DNA from: Eledone cirrhosa
Taxonomy: Eukaryota
NCBI GenBank assembly: GCA_964016885.1
Contig: OZ024753.1
Location: 31,682,001-31,746,000, forward strand
Length of the DNA stretch: 64,000 nucleotides
Reading direction: 5' to 3'
A program made the position numbers and the translations under genes. The notes below the pieces were generated by a model that did not search any database, was not told where the DNA came from, and saw only the letters and a program-made list of their open reading frames with translations. Of the stretch, positions 41,820 to 57,068 are shown one piece after another. Position 1 is the stretch's first letter, and each line of letters begins with the position of its first letter.

Positions 41820-42560
41820 ATCACCTTAACCATCACCACCACCACCACTAGCGACATCACCACCACCAATACCATTACCACTAGCCACATCACCACCACT
41901 ACCACCACCACCACTAGCGACATCACCACCACCAATATCATTACCACTAGCGACACCACCACCACTACCACCACCACCACCACTAGCGACATCACCACCA
42001 CCAATACCATTACCACTAGCCACATCACCACCAACACCACCACCACCACTAGCAACGACATCACCACCATCAACACCATCACATCCACCACCACCACTAT
42101 CACCATCACCACTATCACCATTACCACCAGCACTAGCGACGGCATCACCACCACCATCAACACCATCACATCCACCACCACCACTATCACCATTACCACC
42201 AGCACTAGCGACATCACCACCACCACACCACTACTACCACCACCACTAGCAGTATCAACATCGTCACTAACACCATCACCACCAATACCAGCAACATCAA
42301 CACCACCACCACCACCAGCAACACCAACACCATCACCACTACCATCATCACCTCCAGCACCACGAGCAACATCAACACCACCACCACCACCAACGCCATC
42401 ACCACACCACCACCACCACCAGCAACACCAACACCATCACCACTACCATCATCACCTCCAGCACCACGAGCAACATCAACAACCATCACCACCGCCAACA
42501 ACAACTACGGCATCTTAACGAACACTACAGTCTTAATCCCCCCCCCCACACCACTACCAG
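41820..42560. repeat. (ACC)n-rich cryptic trinucleotide repeat with higher-order units
   Basis: Recurring cactagcgacatcaccaccacc units. Confidence 0.85.
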
Positions 42561-42606
42561 CGGAAACAACCGCCGCATTACTATGACAACCCAACCATCA
42601 TTGTCA

Positions 42607-42788
42607 ATTGGCAGTATCGGTAGAGGGTCGGACGCCATGCTTTGACGCATTGAGTTACGGCCCTTGCTATTCTGAGTTCAAATCCCGCCCAGGTTAACTT
42701 TGCCTTTCATCCTTACGGTGTCGATAACATAAAGTACCAGTAATACACTGGTTAATTTGCTGGCCTTGTGCCAAAAATATAAACAATT
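42607..42788 (+). mobile_element. SINE family 1
   Basis: Same consensus. Forms an inverted pair with 43003-43173. Confidence 0.85.
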
Positions 42789-43002
42789 ATCACCATTAAC
42801 ACTAGCATCATCAACATCAGAGCAAACGCTAAGGCAATCATTAGCATTACCCACCCCCCTCCACACACACACACCACCTCACCAACAACAACAACAATCA
42901 CTATTACGACTACCACCTCCATCATTAAAACCAACACTACTACCATCGCCTCCAACTCTAATACTTTCTCAATCTCTACCACACCACCACCGTAGAGGAG
43001 CA

Positions 43003-43173
43003 AGGGGATAATCGTCTCTATCGACCCCGTATTTGTCTGGTACTTTATTTTATCGAACCCGGTAAGGATGAAAGGCTTAGTTAACCTCGGCGAGATTTGA
43101 ACTCGGAAAGGAAGGGCCGTAACTATATACTGCACAGCAAGGTGCCCGCTTCTCTACCGATTCTTCCAATCCA
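43003..43173 (-). mobile_element. SINE family 1
   Basis: Reverse complement of the consensus core and head. Confidence 0.8.
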
Positions 43174-43668
43174 ACAAAATATAATAACTCCGAAATAAGA
43201 TTGGCAACAGCAATGTCAAGAGAAAATATAATTAAGAATAATTAGCAATAATTATATATGAATCCGTTGCCATATTTAATTAACAGCAATTTGGAAAAAA
43301 TAACATAAAAATATTTAAATCCTAACTTAATTATTTCGAATGGATTAACTTCTAAATTAGTAATTATTTAATTAATGTTAGAATCAGAAATATCTATCGC
43401 CCTCTCTTTTTGTCATATATAAACACAAACTTTTAACATAAACAATTAGTATATTCATGACGTGGAAATTTAAAAATCATAAGCCACACCCCCACCCCGA
43501 GATGTAAGCATGTCTGGGGGGTTAAAGAGTTCGATTCGCACCCATGTGTTCTCAGGTTCAAATTAAATGTGTGCTATTTTCGTCACATGTCTTTTTATCT
43601 ATAACCTCGAATTGACAATTGCCATGTGAGTGAAATTTAGTAGACGGTTGGAAACTGCAGAAGCACGT

Positions 43669-43707
<39 letters not shown>

Positions 43708-43776
43708 CAGAACATATATACGACGAGCTACTGCAGTTTCCTTCCGTCTACTAAATTTCACTCACATATATAAAAC

Positions 43777-43854
<78 letters not shown>

Positions 43855-44714
43855 GGTGTGCCCTAAAAATATATACACAATTTGATTACCTGTACAGGCA
43901 ATATTTATCAGAAGGATGTTGAGGTGCGTGTACGAAGCTGTGCCCGCTTACGTCTGTTTCTCTGCTGATCTCTCATAATTAGTCGTTTTACAAAACGAGA
44001 TCGAAACAGCAAGTACCAGACTTTGAAAAGTAAGTATTGGGATCGATATTATCCATTAAAATCAATTTACAGCGCTGCTTCGGCATGGCCGCAATCTAAT
44101 GACTGAAACAAGGAACAGAACAAAATATTATATAGTATAACTTAAGATTTGTATGACATGAGTTAAACCGAAACATAAGAACATAAAAGAAAATACAATA
44201 ACAGCAACGAAACCACCAATAGCAACAACACCAAACGTTAATGAGAACCAGGCTATTCTCAGTAGAGCTGTGTTGGTTTTTATTTCGGTAGTATCTTTAT
44301 CTTAACAAAATTGTGTGTAATCATATCTATGGCTTCTTTAGAAATTTAATTAGATAAATAGAAGAGAAATTTAAGATGTAATAACATGGCTGTTTTTAGA
44401 TTCGCAGAGAATACAAAGTGAGAAGGTAAAATTCATAATTAGAAAAATTAATATGGCGATAAACTACTGCCACCCCACCCACCCTGACAAAAAAAAGATA
44501 AACATATACAAAGGCAAAACTTGTATTGAACAAGTGTCATTGACGCCAGAGTATCAACCGCATCAATAAAACTAACATTTCTGCATCCTCTGGTTTAGAC
44601 GATGAACATTCAATGTTTGTATGTAGTAAGACGAATTATATCTATATAGCACGTTTTCTATCGAATGAATAGAAGCAAACACGCTAATACACACACGTAT
44701 ACCATATATACTCC

Positions 44715-44766
<52 letters not shown>

Positions 44767-44772
44767 GTGTGC

Positions 44773-44805
<33 letters not shown>

Positions 44806-44810
<5 letters not shown>

Positions 44811-45008
44811 TTATAGAAGGAGCTTCTACAGGACTAGTACTGTTTCATTCAGATGAAATCTTCAGGAAGGGCTTCCTGAAGATTTCATCTGAATGAAACA
44901 GTACTAGTCCTGTAGAAGCTCCTTCTATAAAATAAAAAATGTTACTCTGCCATGTATTGAGTACCTTACTTACTGTGGTTATCCCCGACTCAACCCGGGA
45001 CCTACGTA
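44806..45008 (+). mobile_element. Minimal fold-back element: 64-bp arms plus ~70-bp tail, in (TA)n
   Basis: Perfect palindrome 44806-44935 with a 2-nt centre, then a unique tail. Confidence 0.85.
44871..44919 (+). ncRNA. Type I hammerhead ribozyme (mirror copy on - strand)
   Basis: gcttc-CTGAAGA-tttcatctgaat-GAAA-cag tactagtc ctg-TA-gaagc. Stems I and III pair; stem II is ttca/tgaa. Confidence 0.8.
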
Positions 45009-45009
45009 A

Positions 45010-45045
<36 letters not shown>

Positions 45046-45052
45046 ATGTATA

Positions 45053-45105
<53 letters not shown>

Positions 45106-45178
45106 ATATGTGTGTATATAGATATATGTGTGTATATATGTATATATATATATGTGTGTGTATATATGTGTATATAGA

Positions 45179-45223
<45 letters not shown>

Positions 45224-45851
45224 GTTTATGTATTTGTGCGTGGCTTTTGAAACGAAGTCAGGGAAAATGGAGTCTGTAGTGTTACTTGTTTTGCTTCACT
45301 TCAACTCTAATTTCCAACCTTGCCAACGCTGTGTATCCCGATTATGGAATTTCAAAGCGAAATACTTAGAATTTACTGTTTGGAAGATAATAACTTTCCT
45401 GCGATATCTAGTAAACATATTTCTGTGTACGAACAGAAAATTGTACGTTAATATCCATAGTAACTGACTTAGCCTAGTGAATGTTAAAAGGAAATGAAAT
45501 ATAGTTTCTCATAATAGATTATCTCCTATATTTCGAATACGAAGGAAAGATATATCTTCGGATTGATAAGATATCTTATATCAGCGCGTTTTCTGAAATA
45601 CCTTTTTCTAAAATTAAGCATTTCATTTTATTAAAAATAGTGGATAAGTCTCATAAATCTGATATGAAACGTTTGGCAACTCTCAACTCTCATATATATT
45701 AGATATTATTTACCCTCTTGCTACCAAACCACCTGAAACAAGTCCTTGTTCTATGGTACAATACTGTTTGTTATATCTATCTAAAACATTTCTAAGTATT
45801 GAGTACTTTGGTGCGTTATGGTCCACCTGGTTCCTTACCACATTTCCTCCG

Positions 45852-45889
<38 letters not shown>

Positions 45890-45920
45890 CTCTATCCTGA
45901 TATATATATATATATATATA

Positions 45921-46632
45921 TCAGGATAGAGCTAGATTTAAAATTGTTAGACCATTACTCAACAGAGTACTCCTTGCATGGGATAGTAGAGTATGGTTAT
46001 ATTATAAAAAATCGGGGCCCGAACATTCTTGCAGCGTTCTCCTTATCAGGCGTGTTTTTGAAACTAAGTTTCTTACATAAAATTATTATAGAAATCTCAG
46101 ACAAATGGGAAAACTCGGCGTATGGAAGCTGTTAGAATAGCAAAATACCGTCAAAGCGGCGTTGGGTAAAATATTACCTCGAATGACAGAGTTCAGCGGC
46201 TCGATGTGAGTTGACTCAAAGGAAGGAAGAGAAGATAGGAAGGAGGAAATAGAATGGATGAGAGCGAACAGGTCACAAGCATTAAAATATGCTCTTCAGA
46301 TCTCAACATCCTGCAGTTTCGAGTCAACTCACATCGAGCCGCTGATCTCTATCCTTCGAGGTAATATTTTACCCAACGCCGCTTCGACGGTATTTTGTTG
46401 TTCTAACAGCTTCCATAAGCCGTGTTTTCCCATTTTTCTGAGATTTCTATAATAATTTTATGTAAGAAACTTAGTTTCAAAAACACGCCTATTAAGGAGA
46501 ACGCTGCTTATATAGTAGGCTTTAAGAATGTTCGGGCCCCGATTTTTTATAATATAACCATACTCTACTATCCATGCAAGGAGTACTCTGTTGAGTAATG
46601 GTCTAACAATTTTAAATCTAGCTCTATCCTGA
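45921..46632. mobile_element. Fold-back element with ~300-bp diverged arms
   Basis: 45921-46219 is the imperfect reverse complement of ~46317-46632. (TA)n on both sides. No intact hammerhead core seen. Confidence 0.75.
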
Positions 46633-46649
46633 TATATATATATATATAT

Positions 46650-46848
46650 AACGGAGGAAATGTGGTAAGGAACCAGGTGGACCATAACGTACCAAAGTAC
46701 TCAATACTTACGGTAGTAGAGTGGGTAATAGGAACGAGTAGGACCCCGACGGCTGAGCTCAAGCCGTTTCGACGGCTAATTCTGGACTAATTCAGTCCAG
46801 AATTAGCCGTCGAAACGGCTTGAGCTCAGCCGTCGGGGTCCTACTCGT

Positions 46849-46853
<5 letters not shown>
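46650..46853 (-). mobile_element. Fold-back element, family F
   Basis: Tail 46650-46728 and hairpin 46729-46853 (5-nt loop). Nearly identical to 57069-57256 but with a different fold-back point. Confidence 0.8.
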
Positions 46854-47778
<925 letters not shown>

Positions 47779-47811
47779 CTCACTCAGTGATATATATATA
47801 TATATCACTCA

Positions 47812-48028
47812 GTGAAGGCGTGTGGCTGAGTGGTTAGAGAATTGGATTCGCAATCGGAAGGTTGTGAGTTCGATTCCTGGAGCAGGTGATGCGTTATGTC
47901 CTTGAGCAAGACACTTTATTTCACGTTGCTCCTTCTACCTGGAGTTGCGACCGATAGATAGTATTAGCAATTGGAAAGACCAATGGAAACATTGTTTCCT
48001 CGGTCCGATTTGACGAAAGTCGATCGAT
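47812..48028 (+). mobile_element. SINE family 2 (older copies near 13190-13333 -, 22644 +, 25155-25270 -, 30990 +, 31146 +, 32765 +)
   Basis: tggctgagtggttag A box, gagttcgattcc B box, CORE-like tgtccttgagcaagacactt. Confidence 0.85.
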
Positions 48029-48029
48029 T

Positions 48030-48099
<70 letters not shown>

Positions 48100-48613
48100 T
48101 AACGGAATAGGGGGGAGGCGAGGATGACGATGAGAGGAAGAAGTAGAAGTGACACTATATATATATATATATATATAAATAGTCATTTCTACTTCTCCTC
48201 TCCTCATCATCCCTCCCCCTCTCCCTACCTATCCCGCTACTAATAACAAGCCTCTCTAAATTTCTCATTATTTTTGAAGACCATAGTCTCTGACGTTCGT
48301 TTGGAATATGATAACAAAATGAGGATCTCGAATTAACCCTTCCAAACTATCTCGTACATTATAGTGCAAAATCTCAGCCAAAATTCCATTCATCAAAAGA
48401 ATAATCAAGGAAACTAACTTGGTCTTTAAGACTTAAAAATATATACAGTAAAATGTATGTGTGTGTGTATATATATATATATTTAATTAGTAAGTAAATA
48501 AGTTATATTGTATTCTTTACTTCCTAATTAAATAGCTCTGTATTAACGTAGAGCACTGTTTTTCCCTTTGCTTTTTCTTCGGAAATATTTAACGCATAAA
48601 ACATATATATGTA

Positions 48614-48662
<49 letters not shown>

Positions 48663-48775
48663 AGGCGGGGGCGCATCGAAAGAGGAAAATAATAGGATTC
48701 TTCTGGTCTGTGGGTTGTATGAGAGAGGATGAACTGTGCATTAAATAGAAATCAAAAAGAGTGCGAGAGAAGCTT

Positions 48776-48854
<79 letters not shown>

Positions 48855-51322
48855 GTATCATTGTTGATTTTATATTATGTTAATTGTTAATTTAAACTCC
48901 ATCTTTTGAAAAGCAATTCTTAATTTCTTGAGAATAAAAAAACTATTCTTAAGTGATACTCATCCACTATGATTAAATGGACGTCTATCCTTTCTTAAGT
49001 TACAATTAATGAATTTATCTTAAATTGATTTCGGTGAAAGCCTATCAATGTCAACCTTTAAGTCACACCGTTTTCAACAGTTAAATTAGATGAATGCTGG
49101 CCAACTCAACCCCCGATATCGTCCTGACTGATTAAGGCAAATTTCTAGAATTTGATAGAAGCTATTTTGCAGGATTTGTGCTGTATTGATTCAGATAGAG
49201 AAATATTTTCTAGTTTATGTAATGTTATATTTACCTTTTGCCTTTTAATAGAATTTCCATTGAAAATTTGGTCTTCCTAACATCATCGATTTCGTATTTC
49301 AAATGTTCGTGTGTTTTACCCAAATCTAATATAGTCTTCCGATATCTGAGAGGAACTTTCTTTAAATGCTATTCTATATTGATTTCTTCATTTCCACTTT
49401 AAACATTTTAGAATTACTGTACATACATACTAATTGAATCTAGTAATGCAATTGTTATAGTTCTGTCAAACATTATCATTCTTTTATATTTAAGCGGTTG
49501 TTGTTGCTAGTGGTAATGTTATTTAAACTCCAGGCAGCCTTGAGTAAACCGACATATGATTAAAAGCGTAGAAGCTACGATCATTGCGCATTTGTTCTGA
49601 CGTATAGTGTATCCAAGGCTACACTAGTCAAGATAGACATGTGCCTCATCTTTTACGATGATACTGTGATAAAATTATGTTTCGCTGCTATTTTTAACTG
49701 ATTTGATTAAAAGTTTCTAATTAAGACAAAGACCCAGCATTTTGGAGGTGTAGAAAATCGAAGCGCAGTACTTAAATGGTTCTTTATTTTATCGGCCCTA
49801 GAAAATCGACCCCAGTACTTAAATGGTTCTTTATTTTATCGGCCCAAGAAAGGTGAAAGGCAAAATTGACCTAGGCGAGATGTGAACTCAGAATGTAGAA
49901 AATCGCTCTGATAAGAATGAACTACAAACACATTCAACTATCGTTCATTACAAACATAAAATATGTGATTAAACTTATACTAAATTTCAAAAGAATTTCT
50001 CCACATCAGAAAACAATTATTCATATGATTCTGTGAATGGAAGGGTATTATATAGCAATGCATTGTATTTCTTATAAAATTTATAATATAACTGAAATAC
50101 AGAGCATTCTAATTTGTATCGAGCAAACAGATAATTCATTGGATTCTGTATATCTGATAACCTTTTATAAGGATGATATGCTGTGTGAATAGATTTGAAG
50201 TGAACGTAAACTGGTGCAAAACATACATTTGTGTAAAGTTGTGCAATAAAATAACTATTGATTTTGTTAATACTGTTAAGTAGAATTTCTCCAATTAAAA
50301 CCGTCTAATGAGGATTTCAATCACATGGTCGTAAAGAAGGTTTCAAAGCGTTGCCAAATATCACAAGAATCCGGAAGCGACGCATCTGTTATTAATTCAG
50401 TCATTGTATCACGTTTTATTGCTAGCTAACATTTCTTAGAGCTAGAAATAAATTGTTCAAAATAAATTCATTTTCTCACTATTGTCTTCAGAAAATATAA
50501 CTAAATCAATGATATTCAATTGTTTCTTCAATAAACCCCCACTCAGTACGTGTATTGTCACACATTCCCTCACATAATCAGAGACCGACGTGTTTGTGGA
50601 TGTGTGTATATATATATATATATATTGTGTGTGTGTTTGTATGTGTGATAGAAAATATTTTCCAAAGTAAAAGTAACTTTTAAGATATAACAACTTATTC
50701 AATTTTTTTTATCTATATTCTGCTAATGCATTTCTCTAATTTACAATAAAATTCTCTTCTTTTCAATATGTAAAGTTATTTTATACCACGTCATTTGTTT
50801 GGTGCTGCAATCAACAGAAATAAACCTTTTTTCATTGTTAATAGATATTTTTTGTTATATCTGTTCCTATTCAATTATGTACAAGATTTTTCAATTGATT
50901 TTTATGTCTTTGGCTTCTTTATAAATAATGTTTCAATTATGAAAGAAAAGCCGGTAAGCAATAGCATAAGAGTTCCTGACTGGTGCAGCACCGGTTTCAG
51001 AGGTCTTGTGAAGGCTATAGACACTATCTCCTCTTTCAAAACCCACCAAGCAAACACAAAGCTCTCCGTGGTTCGTTCTCAGCCTCTTGCATGCTGCAGT
51101 TATTGGAAATATTGGTGAATATGGTGTCCCAATTCAACGAAGGAACAAGATGTACGGCCATAGGTCAATCTGGCAGGATGACTACCATCTCTGTATCATC
51201 CTCAGTCCAGTGGTTTCCAAGCCAGCTTGGAAGTAATCCCCCAGATACATATGCGAAGGACGTCTTCGTCGTTTTCTTTTCCCCCTCCTCCTCTTTCTTA
51301 TTCTTCTTATTATTGTTATTAT

Positions 51323-51543
51323 AGGGCGGTAGATTGGCAATATCGGTAGAACGTCGGACCATATGGTTTATCGCATAGGGTTACGCCCCTTTACGATCTG
51401 AGTTCAAATCCCACCGGGGTTAGCTTTGCCTTTCATCCTTATGGGGTCGATAAAATAAAGCACCAGTAATGCACTGGGGGTCGATTTAATCGACTTTCCC
51501 CTCCCCCAAAATTGCTGGCCTTGTGCCTAAGGTAGAAACAATT
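51323..51543 (+). mobile_element. SINE family 1, long variant
   Basis: Consensus plus ggggtcgatttaatcgactttcccctcccccaaa. The same variant occurs at 62920. Confidence 0.85.
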
Positions 51544-51544
51544 A

Positions 51545-51850
51545 TTGTCATTATTATTTGACCACTTATTCCTGTGAGCGTAGTATCTTCAGATATGCCC
51601 TCTTGTGGGTGCCATTGGAAATGACCGCCTCCCACATGGTCTGGTTGGATCCCGAGACAAAACAATATTGGGAATGTTATCCAACCATCTTGCTTGGAGT
51701 CTACCCTCCCGTCTATTGCGGTGGACCGTTGTTTATTTATATTTTTCATTTCATCGTTTCATGTTCGGCCATCTCCCGGCACTGAAACAGCATGGCAGCC
51801 TATTGAGTCCTTTTAGAACGATCCTTTGGCGACATCGACACCTCAACGTT
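51545..51850 (-). pseudogene. Possible highly degenerate RTE-type C-terminal fragment
   Basis: Minus-strand frame ...RNRREGRLQARWLDNI resembles GRPxxRWLDNI, with an (AAT)n-like tail. Contains stop codons. Confidence 0.3.
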
Positions 51851-52067
51851 CGATCTACACTCAAACCTATATGAAGAACCACAGCGGCTCTCGGGGTGCT
51901 GACAAGTATTTATTCGAGTTCCCTGTGTTTCGAAGTAATGGGCAAATAAATATCAATCGTTGACAGTAAAGTATCGGATTAAACGTGAAATCTTCGTCTC
52001 TTTTTATATTAATAAGAATGATGACAGAGAGATATGTATCTAATATAATACTCAAATAGCTAATAAT

Positions 52068-52170
52068 TGTTTCTACCTTTGGCACAAGGCCAGTAATAAC
52101 CAGTACATTGCTGGTACTTTATTTTATCGACCCCGTAAGGATGAAAGGCAAAGTTAACGTAGGCGGGATT
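52068..52170 (-). mobile_element. SINE family 1, 5'-truncated, with a 16-bp TSD
   Basis: TSD tcaaatagctaataat at 52052-52067 and 52171-52186. Confidence 0.85.
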
Positions 52171-52820
52171 TCAAATAGCTAATAATGTGGTTATATTGGA
52201 AACATAAAATGAAGTTGTGATATAACGTTTTCCTTCTTAGAATCATAGAAATATTTAAGATGTGGAAACAATACATGAATAATAAATAAACAAAGAGAAA
52301 AATAAAATATGTATGTGACATCTTAGTTTATTATATCTGCCAGCTTCTTACATTAGGGATCATTGTCTCCCAGCTTGTGAGTTTTAATAAGAAATGGTCA
52401 GCTCATAAACAAGCACACCGTACACCAGGTGTGCTATGTTGATACATAGTTTTACAGAAATTTATTATATAATTAAATGGAACATTTTTAAGAATGAATT
52501 GTTCTCCTTAGAAACATAGAATGATTTAATATAGTGGAAACAAGACCAACGATAATAAAATATTTTATTGATTATTCAGTAATATTTGCCACTGTTAAGA
52601 AAATATCGGTACATATGTGTGTGTGTGTAAAAGGTAAACAGAAATAACAAAACAAACGACACAGTACATGCAAGAAATATATTTGTTTAACGCTTGAAAG
52701 AGAAGGAAGAGTCTTAAGGTTTCGGACACTAGTTCTTCACCAGGAGATAGAAGATAATAGAAAGTATATATATATATATATATAGTTAAAAGAATAGAGG
52801 TGTAACACACAAGTTATTAT

Positions 52821-53294
52821 ATATTGGTAAACGGAATAGAAAATGCTGACAAATTGTTCACAGTTGAAAAATGGTTTAATTAGGAATAAAAGAGTATTAG
52901 TGATTGTATGGGTTAGTATTCAGTTGTGGTTTTAAGTTTTTAAGTTTTTACCGGTTGCGCATTTCTAAATGCTTTTCATAAATAATTTTGAGATAGAGTG
53001 TCCGTGCTGTTTGCTCTGATCTGATTAGTTTTGGGAATTCTACCTGTTTTTATGTTAAAAAAGTGGCTCCAGCGTTATTTTTGTGTTGCAAAAATTCTTG
53101 TGGTCAAAACAATTTTGATTGGTCGGTAGAGGTCATGTGAATGTAAAAAGTTGATTTTGCGCCAAGACTGTTTTTATGTTAAAAAAGTGGCTCCAGCAAA
53201 AATTCTTGGTCAAAACAACTTTGATTGGTCGGTAGAGGTCATGTGAATAAAAAAATTGGTTTTGCGCCAAGATTGAGAAATGACTCTTTCACAA

Positions 53295-53331
<37 letters not shown>

Positions 53332-54050
53332 GCGTGGTAGTAGTAGTAGTAGTAGTAGTAAGGTGTTCGATGCTGCGACAATGGCCAGCAGCGATGTGTG
53401 TCAAATGGCTATTAAGATAAGTGTGTGTGTGTGTGTGTATAGCAGAGTGATTCGTGGTGGTAGGGATGGTCAGTAAGAATGTGTCTGAAAGCAATGGGGG
53501 GTATTTTAGCATGTCAAAAGATAAGTGTGTGTGTATGTGTGTGTGTGTATAGCAGAGTAATTTGTGGTGGCAGGGATGGTCAGTAAGAATGTGTCTGAAA
53601 GCAATGGGGGGTATTTTAGCATGTCAAAATATATTTTTCAGCTTTTGTCTTATACGGAGAAGTGCGTGTGTGTGCCACCCAGCGCACAAGGAATCTTACT
53701 TCATTAACAAATACGGACCCCGTCTAAACACTTCTCCCTAAGACGAACCCACAACATACACACGTCAACATACATACCTACATCAGCACACATCTCTACC
53801 CACATATAAACACAATGACACACGTAAACACACATGCTCTATGGTGCAATACAAAGAAATATATATGCATATATATGTATGTATATATGTATATATATAT
53901 GTAGTGAATATATGTATGTGTATATATATATAGTGAATATCATTTCACACCTTTTATTGTTAAGATTTTTGATGTTCTATTAAGAGAACCGATTTTACTG
54001 AAAAAATCGAATAATGTACACCATTTTACCAGGGGGAAAAAAATACTGGT

Positions 54051-54089
<39 letters not shown>

Positions 54090-54265
54090 CACAAACACAT
54101 ACACACGCGTACATCAACATACAAAGAGACTTATATACACACACACACACACGCACTTCTCCGTATAAGACAAAAGCTGAAAAATATCTTTTGACATGCT
54201 AAAATACCCCCCATTGCTTTCAGACACATTCTTACTGACCATCCCTGCCACCACAAATTACTCTG

Positions 54266-54321
<56 letters not shown>

Positions 54322-54493
54322 ATCTTTTGACATGCTAAAATACCCCCCATTGCTTTCAGACACATTCTTACTGACCATCCCTACCACCACGAATCACTCT
54401 GCTATACACACACACACACACACACTTATCTTAATAGCCATTTGACACACATCGCTGCTGGCCATTGTCGCAGCATCGAACACCTTACTACTA

Positions 54494-54539
<46 letters not shown>

Positions 54540-55016
54540 ACACATATTTGTTGTGAAAGAGTCATTTCTCAATCTTGGCGCAAAACCAATTTTTTATTCA
54601 CATGACCTCTACCGACCAATCAAAATTGTTTTGACCAAGAATTTTTGCTGGAGCTACTTTTTTAACATAAAAACAGTCTTGGCGCAAAATCAACTTTTTA
54701 CATTCACATGACCTCTACCGACCAATCAAAATTGTTTTGACCACAAGAATTTTTGCAACACAAAAATAACGCTGGAGCCACTTTTTTAACATAAAAACAG
54801 GTAGAATTCCCAAAACTAATCAGATCAGAGCAAACAGCACGGACACTCTATCTCAAAATTATTTATGAAAAGCATTTAGAAATGCGCAACCGGTAAAAAC
54901 TTAAAAACTTAAAACCACAACTGAATACTAACCCATACAATCACTAATACTCTTTTATTCCTAATTAAACCATTTTTCAACTGTGAACAATTTGTCAGCA
55001 TTTTCTATTCCGTTTA

Positions 55017-55022
<6 letters not shown>
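52821..55022. repeat. Large inverted repeat: ~850-bp arms, ~470-bp spacer
   Basis: 52821-53674 is the reverse complement of ~54144-55022, including shared internal tandem duplications. The arms differ mainly in microsatellite length. Confidence 0.92.
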
Positions 55023-55067
<45 letters not shown>

Positions 55068-55683
55068 AGAGAGAGAGAGATGTAATTCATTGGGTATATT
55101 TACAGTCTACAAGTTTTTGTAGCTAAGATTTTCTGAAACGTCATGTTCCTTCTTCAGCCGGTCACCTTTGCGAACTTAACTAAAGAAAGGACTCGGGTGA
55201 TTTCGGAAGGTTATAAATAAAAAAAATAGATTCTATATTAGTTTTATATCTAACTAACAATTACATATCTGAAACATGCTAATATGAGAAGATTCTAGAT
55301 TCACTTAGAAAGAAACAGTTACTACGTACTAGTTGAAGTTGTATCTACGGATATTTCAGGCTCAATACCAGACTTACATATAATTTAAGTAGGCTGTGGT
55401 GCAGGGCCTCATAATCCAATGGGGCCCGTCCTGCTTTAAATATGTATTAAAATATAGTCATGGAAATATATACATTTTGTAAAAAAAAAAATTGAATATA
55501 ATTATTACATACATTTCATTTTCTTTGTGTATTATCTCCGAGCTAGAGGTCGGAATTGAGTAATGCTGACGTTTCCACGTCTTTCTATGTATAGGCTTAT
55601 ATTTATTTTCTATGAAGTCTGTTTAGTGTTGTTTGACGTTCCAAATGTTAATTCGGCTCCAAACATGATTAAACAGAATCATT

Positions 55684-56089
<406 letters not shown>

Positions 56090-57068
56090 GGAAAGAAAAC
56101 TGTGACAACACTTGAACAGTAATCACCGTTGCTATTTCACTATGTATGTGCAACACCGCGACAGTTGATTGGTGCGTTGTATTGTTTCAAAATAGCGTCC
56201 ATTTTGTAACATGTTATCAATGCCATGATGGAGCAATACTATCTAACTCACAGCATGATTGAAGGACCTAAACATGTCAGAAGATCTATTAAAAAAGGAA
56301 GTTAATTTCACCAGAGAAAAAAATGTTTAGTAATAGTTACAAATGCACTTTCTCTGACACCTTTTTTCTCTTTAAGTTTCTTACATTTCAAGTTGTTTTG
56401 CCTTTTTATCTGTATTTTATTGTTTAATTTTTCATATTGCTTTTGTTGGCTCTCCCTCTCTCTCTCTCCCTCTCTCTATTTCTCTATCGCTATATCTCTA
56501 TCTCTCTCTAAATCTTTTTTCTCGCTCTCTCCCACTCTCCCTCTCTCCCACTCTCCCTCTCTCCCACTCTCCCTCTCACTCTCTCTCTCAATCAATCACT
56601 CTTTCCCTCTCACCTTTTTCACCTCTCTCTCCCTTTCTCCTCTCTCCGTCTCTGTGTGTATATATATATATATATATATACAGGTGTGTATGCGTGTACA
56701 GTATATATATTCACACAAATGTACACACACACACACACACACAGATTTCTCAAATTTCATTTCGTGTGTCATTTTTATCTGTATTGGTTTTATTGTTTTA
56801 ACTTTTTATAATGCTTTATTTGTTTTAATCTGTTGCTGTATTTTTATCATCTCGTTTATATTCTTCTACCACTTGCCATACTTTCGCTATCTTCTACTTA
56901 ATCTTGTTTTTCTTTACCCTCTTATATACACTGTCTCACACTTCCTCACTATAACTCTTTCTGTGTTTATATATATATATATAACATATATTTGTGTGTA
57001 TGTATATATATATATATATAATGCTTGTGAGAGAGAAATAACCTTATATATATATATATATATATATA

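Noticed and set aside
41775-42518. 247-aa Thr/Pro/His-rich mucin-like ORF
   Set aside because: Explained by an (ACC)n repeat that is open in several frames and on both strands; no signal peptide or splice context.
47812-47880. tRNA gene-like A/B boxes (also in other SINE heads)
   Set aside because: They continue into SINE body sequence present in many copies; no cloverleaf could be confirmed.
52705-52750. Hammerhead-like CTGGTGA...GAAAC on the minus strand
   Set aside because: Core mismatch and no convincing stem I.
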